Shown piece after piece: positions 59,901-64,000 of a DNA stretch of 64,000 bases. The translations under genes were made by a program, and so were the position numbers. Numbering within the stretch: the stretch's first letter is position 1; the number at the start of each line of letters is the position of its first letter. This DNA comes from an uncultured Planctomycetota bacterium. Its GTDB lineage: Bacteria; Planctomycetota; Planctomycetia; Isosphaerales; Isosphaeraceae. The notes under the pieces were generated by a model, which did no database searches, was not told where the DNA came from, and saw nothing but the letters and a program-made list of their open reading frames with translations. The stretch spans positions 736,001 through 800,000 of the forward strand of contig CAVTTN010000002.1 of NCBI GenBank assembly GCA_963737655.1. Reading direction: 5' to 3'.

Positions 59901-62900
59901 GTGGGGTCCTTGTCCAGGAAGAGCGTAACCTCCTTGTTCGCGAAGGCCTGGCCCTGGCTGGCGTCCACGGCCTCGCCCCGGACCACGAGCGGCGCGAGCG
60001 AGACCCTCGCCGTGGCGACCCGGGCGGCGGCCATGTCGAACTGCGGGAGGTCGCGGTTCCCGGCCAGGGCCGGGCTGTTGTCCGCCCAGGCTGGATTGAC
60101 GATGCCGTTGACGAAGGCGAGCCCACTGTAATCGCCATACTGGTTCCCCTGTCCGGCGCCGTTGAGGGCGAAGCCGGGGCTATTCGCGGGCGTGAGCGAG
60201 GCATCGGACATCCCCACGCTTACCGGCACGTCGGCCGAGAACGTCAGGCCGCCGTCGTTGCTGATCGCGACGAGGAACTGGGTCTTCGTGTCGTTGGGAT
60301 CGCTGCGCGTGTCGTACCAGGCGACCGCGATGTCCCCGTCGGATTGATCGACGGCCACGCTCGGCAGGAACAATGTGCTGTCGCCGTCGGAGTTGTCGAC
60401 CCGCTTCGGGCTGCTCCAGGTCCGGCCGTCGTCGTCGGAAAATCGGATCACGAGGAACGTGTCGATGTTTTGGGGAGTGAGGCATTCGGTGTAGACGAGA
60501 TAAACGCGGCCGTCGTGAACGCCCCCGCTGCGGTCGTAGACGAGATTCGCCTCCGCGTCCACGGTCCTCGTCTGCTGCGGGGCGACGGGCTTGCGCGCAC
60601 CCACGTTGGTGGTCGCGGCGACGGTCGCGGGTCCGAATCCCAGCTTGCCCAGCCCGTCGGGGTCGAGGCTCACCAGGATGTTGGCCGGGCCGAGTTCCGG
60701 CGCGGGGTCGTCGTCGGACGCGGCGCCGGTCTGCCAGTTCACGAGCACCTGGCCTTTCGGCCCTAGGGTGATGCTTCCAAAATTCCCCCCCACCGAACCC
60801 GGCACCTCGGCCGGGACGGCGTCGAACGGATCGACCTTGCCCAGCCCCGTCACGCGGGAGCCGATTGCTTCGATCATTCCCGAGGTCTGGTCCGAATACG
60901 AGATCCAGACGCTGCCCACGGGCACACTCGCCGTGCTGCCAGGGCCGGGGCCGGTCGCGATCGACGGCTGATCCACGCCCATCGCGCCAATGGCGGGGAA
61001 CGACGCCAGCGGGGTGAAGGTCTTGCCGCCATCGACGCTCATGATGATCTCGACCGTCGCCCCGGCCGCGCTGACGTAGGTCAGGAACAGGTTCCCGAAG
61101 TTGTCGAAGGTGGCCTGGGGGTCGGAGAAGGCGTCGACGATCTGGCCGTCGTTGTCGCCGATCAGGTGGTCCTCGGCGTCCGTCGGGGTCCAGGTGACCC
61201 CGCCGTCGGTGCTGTAGGCGGCGAAGAGGCCGCCGCGGAAGCCCCCGACCGGGGCCGGCAGCGCCTGGCTGTTGGAGGCGGAGAACACGCGGGACGGGTT
61301 CGACGGGTCGATCGCGATCGTGGTCTCGGACTGGTTCCGCAAGAGCCGGGTCACGTCGGTGGCGTTGTCGGCATCGCGGCCGGTGAGCGTGTCATGCACC
61401 GTCACGACCACGGGGAAGGTCCCGACCTTCATGTAGGCGTGGTTGCCGGAGACCTGGAACGGCGTGCCGGGGCCTCCGGGCTGGACGATCGGCAGGGCGT
61501 TCGAGATCGTCCCGTCGCCCCAGTTGATCTTGGCCGTGAACTCGCCGGGCTGGGCCTTCGTGTCCAGGGTGGTGAACGTGGCCACCGGGCCGGACACCGG
61601 CACGCCCTTCGACAGCACGAGGGGGACGCCGATCACCGTCAAGGTGCGCCCGGAAATCTTCGCGACGAAGGCGTCCTCGAAGCCGTCGAGCGACGCTTGC
61701 ACGGGGTCGGTCGCCGGGGTCACAGGGAACGTGGCCGAGAGGGTGAAGCCCGAGATGTAGGCGTTGCCCACGGCATCAAGGGCGATACCCAGGCCGCTAT
61801 CGTCGCCGGCGCCCTGGCCCCTGTTTTCGCCGGAACCTCCCAGGTAGGTCGAGTAAACGAGTGAGTGGCCGTCGAGGCTGAACTCGGCGGCGAAGGCGTC
61901 GCCGAGATACTGGTTACCGAGGGCTGCGGCCGGTCCGCCGAAGGTCGCCTGGATGGCGTTCTTGGTCGGGAAGTTGGTGGAGGAGGTCGAGCCGGTCACG
62001 AAAGCGTGGCCCTGCGAGTCCACGGCGATGCCCCGACCGACATCCTCGCCGTTGCCGCCCAGGAGACTCACATAGACCAAGCTCTGCCCGTCCTGGCTGA
62101 ACTTCGCCACGTAGGCATCGGACTCCAAGATCCCATTGAGCGGTGCTGGGGTATCGCCCAGCGCGGGTTGGGGCGCGCCCACGAGCGGCAGGTCGGCGGC
62201 GTTGGTGGAACCCGTGATGTAGGCGAAACCGTGGGGGTCCACGGCGATGGCACGGGCCGAGGTCAACGTGTCCAGGTCGCCGTACGGGGGCTCGTTGTAA
62301 GGAGTCGTCCCCTTCAAGACGGCGGAGTAGATCAGGTCCGAGCCGGCGGGGTTGAACTTCGCCACGAAGGCCCCCACATAGCCCTGGATGGGTGCCCCCA
62401 GCCCGGCCGACGACTTGGTGGGGAAATCGCTCTCACTCGTCTCCCCCGAAACGTAGGCGTCGCCGTCGCCGTCGACCGCAATCCCGTAGCCGCCATCAAT
62501 GGAGCCGACACCGCCGGTGTTACCGTGGAGGTAGGTGGAGTAGACGAGTGCGGTGCCCGAGGAGTTGATCTTGGTGACGAAGGTGGACGGCGATTCGAAA
62601 TTGGTTTTCCCCGGGCCCTGCTGATATGCCCCCGGGGTGGTCGGGAAATCGGTCGTCTCGGTGCTTCCGGTCAGGTACACGCTGTCGTCGCTGCCCAGGG
62701 CGATGGCGTTGCCGTAGTTCAGTCCGTTGCCCCCGAGGGTGGAGGCGAAAATGAACGCCGTGCCCGTGGCGTTCAGTTTCGCCACGAACGCGGCCGGGCC
62801 GTTGAGCTGCTCGGCCTGGAGGGGCTTGCCGTCCGGGGAGTTGCTCACCGTCGGGAAGTCGCCATCGACCGTGTACCCCGTTATGTACGCATCCCCCGCG

Positions 62901-63973
62901 TCGTCCACCGCGATTCCTTCGCCGACATCGTCTCCCGTCCCGCCGAAATAGGTGCTATAGAGTACGTTCGCGCCGGCAGGGTCGAGCTTCGTGACGAAGG
63001 CATCGTAGGGTAGATCAGAGTTGGTAATCGTGCCGGACTGCGGTTGCGCGGAGCCGGCCGTCCCGGGGAAGTCGGTGGAGGTCGTGAGTCCCGTGACGAA
63101 GGCGTCGCCCGCGGAGTCCACGGCGATACCGTGGGCCTCGTCTATGCCGCTTCCGCCCAGGAACGTCGAATAGACGAGCACGGGGTCGATCACCAGGGGC
63201 TGGCTCGCGTCGTACGCGCCGACCTGGAACCCCACGCGATGGTCGCCCTGCAAGACGAAGGCCCCGGAGACGGCCCGACTGGCGCCGTCGATCTCCTGCG
63301 AGAGGACCGGGGCGTGCTCCACCACGTCGCCGACGGTCGTGCTCAAGATGAGGTCGCCGCCGGCGTCCAGGGCGATCGAATCCGCCCCGCTGATGTCCAG
63401 GGCGATCGCGCCGGGGTCCGCGCCGGGGGCGACCGTGAAGTCATATTCCAGTTGGCCCGCGTTGCCGTAATAGGCGAGATCAATGCCCGGGTAGACCTGC
63501 GGGTATTCGACCCGCGCATAGTTGGGGATGCTGGTGTGCCAATCGGCCGGGTCGCTGCCGATCAGGTAGTTGCTCTTGCCGGGCAGCTCGTCGACGCCCG
63601 CCGGCCGCGACGCGAGGCTGGCGCCGACGAGCTGCACCCCGAGGACGCCGGCCGCGGGGGCGGCGGAGGCCGGCTCGCCGTTCGCCGCGCCGGCCTGCAA
63701 TCGCAGGAGGGCCTCGCCCGGGGTCAGGAAGAGGGCGTAGCCGCCGCCCCGCGACAGGAACTGGACCTGCGCATCGGCCTGGCCCTGGTTCGGCTCGAAG
63801 CTCAGGGGGGTCTGCCCGTAAGACGCCAGGCCCTGGCTCGCCTCGGCGCCGGCCCCGCTGAGGAGACACCGGCTTTCCAGCCACTCGACCCGGGGTCGCA
63901 TCGAGCCGAGATGGACGGTGCGCCTGGCCAGGGCGGACCTTCGTCGTCGTTCGCGGGATCCATGGAGTGCCAT
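47993..63973 (-). CDS. giant (5326 aa) secreted multi-propeller surface protein/adhesin
   Basis: Leader RVEWLESRCLLS; two FE.NQGQ...IDP domains each followed by 7 SBBP repeats; two BNR/Asp-box (S.DGG.TF) propellers; one 5-repeat propeller; 21 FG-GAP-type (GDFNGDG) repeats; 11 PKD/Ig-like WGD(G/K) modules. Confidence 0.95.
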   Translation of the reverse strand: MALHGSRERRRRSALARRTVHLGSMRPRVEWLESRCLLSGAGAEASQGLASYGQTPLSFEPNQGQADAQVQFLSRGGGYALFLTPGEALLRLQAGAANGEPASAAPAAGVLGVQLVGASLASRPAGVDELPGKSNYLIGSDPADWHTSIPNYARVEYPQVYPGIDLAYYGNAGQLEYDFTVAPGADPGAIALDISGADSIALDAGGDLILSTTVGDVVEHAPVLSQEIDGASRAVSGAFVLQGDHRVGFQVGAYDASQPLVIDPVLVYSTFLGGSGIDEAHGIAVDSAGDAFVTGLTTSTDFPGTAGSAQPQSGTITNSDLPYDAFVTKLDPAGANVLYSTYFGGTGDDVGEGIAVDDAGDAYITGYTVDGDFPTVSNSPDGKPLQAEQLNGPAAFVAKLNATGTAFIFASTLGGNGLNYGNAIALGSDDSVYLTGSTETTDFPTTPGAYQQGPGKTNFESPSTFVTKINSSGTALVYSTYLHGNTGGVGSIDGGYGIAVDGDGDAYVSGETSESDFPTKSSAGLGAPIQGYVGAFVAKFNPAGSDLIYSAVLKGTTPYNEPPYGDLDTLTSARAIAVDPHGFAYITGSTNAADLPLVGAPQPALGDTPAPLNGILESDAYVAKFSQDGQSLVYVSLLGGNGEDVGRGIAVDSQGHAFVTGSTSSTNFPTKNAIQATFGGPAAALGNQYLGDAFAAEFSLDGHSLVYSTYLGGSGENRGQGAGDDSGLGIALDAVGNAYISGFTLSATFPVTPATDPVQASLDGFEDAFVAKISGRTLTVIGVPLVLSKGVPVSGPVATFTTLDTKAQPGEFTAKINWGDGTISNALPIVQPGGPGTPFQVSGNHAYMKVGTFPVVVTVHDTLTGRDADNATDVTRLLRNQSETTIAIDPSNPSRVFSASNSQALPAPVGGFRGGLFAAYSTDGGVTWTPTDAEDHLIGDNDGQIVDAFSDPQATFDNFGNLFLTYVSAAGATVEIIMSVDGGKTFTPLASFPAIGAMGVDQPSIATGPGPGSTASVPVGSVWISYSDQTSGMIEAIGSRVTGLGKVDPFDAVPAEVPGSVGGNFGSITLGPKGQVLVNWQTGAASDDDPAPELGPANILVSLDPDGLGKLGFGPATVAATTNVGARKPVAPQQTRTVDAEANLVYDRSGGVHDGRVYLVYTECLTPQNIDTFLVIRFSDDDGRTWSSPKRVDNSDGDSTLFLPSVAVDQSDGDIAVAWYDTRSDPNDTKTQFLVAISNDGGLTFSADVPVSVGMSDASLTPANSPGFALNGAGQGNQYGDYSGLAFVNGIVNPAWADNSPALAGNRDLPQFDMAAARVATARVSLAPLVVRGEAVDASQGQAFANKEVTLFLDKDPTLNAVNFTATIDWGDGMPPTAGQIAQTSAGLYQVTGSHTYLGTGGFPIVVTINDPADDLSATNANDASVHPGDENSETTAADPTTPSHRFLASNVDGSLGLLVATSTDGGAIWKSRVIADGTDSLPEALGSPRAVFDQFGNLFLAYVDEADDAIVVVYSDDGGLTFEALAAAHSSGASGVGPPMIATGPGPVAATASVWVSAKDLDLDQFRPFAFTTTGLHLANVQAAGVEVVPDTGDRNFGAIAVGPNGQVLALVQKPGAMAGIDSISTSLDPDGPGPAAFGPTRPAADTRVTSFTTIPAQSQRGITAGAALAYDLSNGPRRGRVYLVYTDAPSVGSTATSIDVRSSDDSGLHWSAPVRVNDVAVTTASRFLPSLAVDPTNGEVAVGWYDTRDDLLGLKAKYYVAISGDGGLTFSPNQAVSTGLSNAADPLLDASGMSAQYGTNTGLTFLAGVLTPAWADNSTELAGNPTPPQFEVASGSFGVARVADSPLTAKAVDVNPDEGEAFTEVVATFTDADPNGKAGDFSATIDWGDKTDPSPGTIAADDRGGFKVTATHAYPEEGKFTFKVTILDVGGATTSVTDEVDVDDNILKATGKALRPIEGQVFSGVVATFTDADPGGMVSDYADTIDWGDGSLPDRGIISASGSTGLTIGAESGTLFAVGNYDAVKFNPANIADDGIPYLYQATLDGKVKPLIKLGPGFDGGLAALPSSSGQDVYFYAISNDAAGVSTLDFIDLDPLDGRLLTPDFVLGLGFRGGLAYDQSDLKLYAIDTDSTGASTLDSIGVDHAVTPVLALGSARFTGLTWDAADGSFYAVSNDSGGVSTLVRLDPVGGKVTPEFLLGDGFTGGLAYDLHDPVANRFYAIAGGGAATLYEVPFGPGTPDLSSSPLFELAPSFNDGFLVSGTHTYAEEGDFPVTVAIRDLGGSPQILGASTAVVIDSPPVALPALPTVEVFQGIDPGSLELARFTIPGGIEVGKSEYVATIDWGDGSPPGSGVLAFSGDTITVSGDHPFAKSGTLHATVTLTDDTGGTASAPITILSTPEISPQVRVIDVAGPVNGPNGIIRFDTLTITNASAVDIPLPIDLDFRGLPAGVTPVGATVLPSGDVFLRVAPSIALALQRGQTTPGFLVPFTFPAGLGNFTYTVLAFDSPPDDPAAPPRGFEANQGQAPVGVLYLSRTADSSLSLTATEAILSLPTPPSGVVGSPSPAPTLLDLRLVDANASPQVVGLDQLSGAVNYMNGSSNPWQVGVPRFGRVEYEEVYPGIALDYLDRDGGLEYNFTLAPAADPGAIRLGFSGAYGMDLDSEGDLVLHTAAGDVTEQAPVIYQEVNGVRQAVTGGYVLEGSGQVGFHVGVYDRTRPLVIDPVLIYSTYLGGSGVDSGNAIAVDAAGNTYVTGTTASHDFPTFLPFQPADTGTGFSSNDVFVSKFDPSGHLVYSTFLGGSGGDAGLGIAVDAAGDAYVTGYTSSADFPTTGGVFEPVAPGGFVAFVAKLDPSGSKLLYSTYLGGSGQGDEGLGIAIDGSGDAYVTGTTRSANFPLKNAYQTTPGNVFVTELNPTGSALVYSTYFGGYEVGGIAVDPAGHAYITGTTDTAIPTLNAFQATFPGVDDGGHAVAFVTEFQVGGAGLVYSTYLGGTTGVFPADGAHDSGRAIAVDSSGNAYITGSTTSIDFPTFHALQSHPGDLLPAVNPNRIGDAFVTEIQAGGAALVYSTYLGGQDADEGNGIAVDAAGEAFVTGQTASLDFPIAHALQSATQGGTDVNGTSGKTDAFVAGIQAGGSGLLYSTYLGGNGDDSGDGIAADSAGDVFVTGQTASTDLRTLDAAQPAYTGLFGNPGDDAFVERINAQGAGVLQVFDLPVQATEGEAFTGAVARFTETDASTAGQYSATILWGDGTTSAGSILATGDGAFTVDGTHTYAEEGQDQIRVSVRAPDGTIHSAASSSAAIDAVGHVTYHVVVDTTAIAGSTGFLDFQFNAAAVPGSSSADVLLSNLSSVGGGTLPATLDLHNNSPFGETKQGFTFGTSLSFDVTVSGDALSKPDHGSFGSTFALQLRAADGLTAELTTDPGGSVVRIAIGPDGDTFATTYPLGVDQVAQAATAVVSTSAVVLDAPLAAIALPINPVENTPFTAVVATFTDANPGSSVGDFSATIDWGDGSPTSAGVVAARPGGGFQVTGSHTYGGPATFTVQVTIRDAGGSTTVATPAKLGMFQAPTANLSGGPSGAFTIADLNGDGKADFVALGGLPDAYGTATIGVEVMLSNGDGTFAPEVSYPVGSDSVNVVVGDFNGDGKLDIATNNSILLGNGDGTFGPAITFGDSTLLGYVAVGDFNGDGKLDLAIAHAAGIVDYSGGFSILLGKGDGTFGAPSRRYLNLGYESAIHVGDFNGDGKPDLLITHGGTLTSLLLGLGDGTFGAALAVAPGMDVTPGDFNGDGKLDIATSQGVFLGAGDGTFAAPLAYPASNGFVPAAAGDFNGDGKLDLVGADGMAVANFGFEPLALIAGAGDGTFGPIRDFPSVQASYAAISPADFNGDGRPDIALLGGRSVEVLFGTGAGFVTASTFAAGSGIASNGTQYGAIAAGDFNGDGKPDLTAIDPADDAVSVLKGAGDGTYLAAQPTLTAAPIAVNNNASVRIASGDFNGDGKLDVVLLGAGVAVLLGRGDDTFSPGVNYPVPGLYPPTAVVVGDFNGDGKPDLAVATPQGVSILLGLGDGTFGAAASFDADANFSHLAAGDLNGDGKLDLVATGPLVGAIVFLGLGDGTFQAPAIVAGAATAGPIALADLNGDGKLDLVAGLGGLNDGSQTYSVGSGLAILLGNGDGTFQAPSLSLPDMMPLSIAAADLNGDGKLDLAVEELGNLASPYTRYDSTTVVLLGLGDGTFGAPATYPPGPPTSTSSPIPYVLMAGDFRHDGKADLVEVVGDQLRILANRGDGTFLAPIGEYIGSAPFGLSIGDFNGDGKLDLASTFLDVASSGDYGSTGVDVLQGVGDGTFEAASAFLVGPSPAYASPHSPQGVAVGDFNGDGKADIVTTNAAQAGTNVALLAGKGDGTFQPPIQFPDLGGRSNLVVGDFNGDGKPDLAALDGYSSISQLQNSVYVAVGKGDGTFQEPIFSATDPALGNNFPGVSGTIAAGDFNGDGKLDLVTARGETVPTALLTAQLAFVGVLIGHGDGSFATEAEIPLPMRGVQDAAPLVAVGDFNGDGKPDIVVVFPAASYGATIAPQVMYLLLGHGDGTFQAPLATVLAGSGAVALVVGDFNGDGKLGVAIADQANLSGAGFGGVSVLLGNGDGTFGPEIIYALNGIPSSLAVTDLNGDGAPDLVVGTGNDVTVLLNSPATVPDLVRVADAPLSAIGTTIAAAPNVGFTGVVATFTDADPLARVGDYSATIDWGDGVTSPGQVAANARGGFDVTGTHTYAEAGAYAVVVAIADAGGSMASARTTGIVSAVVVPPLSALGTTILATERTEFTGVVATFTDAGPSGSIGDFTADVAWGDGTDSPGTIQAVPGGGFAAIGDHTYAVAGAYALIVTIVDQAGSTASAMTGATVTDLPITAQGIAVHASRGVPFSGVIASFTDADPSARVGDYSATIDWGDGTHSAGTIAADPAAQGFDVVGTRTYAVAGSFAVLVTIADLGGASATARSTADVIVPAILARGVTIVGVEGIALVAVPVAVFTQDDGGAASGFAATIDWGDGTAASAGSVSAAAAGYLVTGDHLYAHAGTFATTVTIVQSGGSAATAASTANVAVTPVLGGTPGASGPGNDGPIAGPPTVPPVGQMPITGPPTVSPVGQAPIVGPPTVSPVGQDGPLLLEVDRFGIHGQRTRLTLTFNGPLDPGRASDPSNYGIIALKSDGTPLRREASPMAMASATYDAATTTVTLRTRHRLNVHRLYELLIRGTGKLGVAGSSGLLMDGAANGHPGSDGSTQVGPGNLVLRGHHLKNPSRLLTHSIKIATSHPRGPRPARRTLPPPGSFIEK
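48509..48634 (-). repeat. 3 x 42-bp in-frame tandem repeat (PI.GPPTV.PVGQ.)
   Basis: CTGGCCGAC recurs at 48509, 48551 and 48593. Confidence 0.9.
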
Positions 63974-64000
63974 GATGTCTCGACCTTCGCTGGAGAGGCT

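Noticed and set aside
166..62000. Many long overlapping ORFs in the track (e.g. 166-981+, 8351-10960+, 19315-22059-, 32876-35467-, 45152-47896+, 50228-53797+)
   Set aside because: Antisense or alternate-frame shadows of real genes in high-GC DNA; Arg/Gly/Pro-rich or reverse-codon composition with no family motifs.

Overview
High-GC bacterial DNA with many Planctomycetota hallmarks: a DUF1501 and DUF1549/DUF1553 pair, LE(S/D)RxLLS-type leaders, Zn-ribbon/kinase/WD40 proteins and a membrane-anchored ECF sigma. An Isosphaeraceae-like source is an inference. About 42 genes mix housekeeping functions (ppdK, acyP, ribH, gmhA-like, suhB-like, ROK, S1 paralog) with signalling, transport and envelope genes, a hicB-hicA toxin-antitoxin pair next to an ADP-ribosylglycohydrolase, and one 16-kb gene for a 5326-aa surface protein. 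No tRNA, rRNA, CRISPR array, transposase or integrase was seen. The most notable observations are: (1) in the giant protein, propeller and other domains appear inserted inside Ig/PKD-like stalk modules, implying a branched architecture; (2) several intergenic hairpin elements are built from inverted arms of 7-nt or 9-nt tandem units; (3) about 10 apparent frameshifts lie in the first 29 kb, most repairable by one base in a G/C run next to GCGC (probably sequencing error, possibly a methylation footprint); (4) a membrane protein carries a Tudor-knot/chromo-barrel-like domain, an ABC exporter has a degenerate ATPase, and two paralogous Zn-ribbon kinases are each followed by a tiny protein. All family names come from motif recognition by eye; no database search was run.
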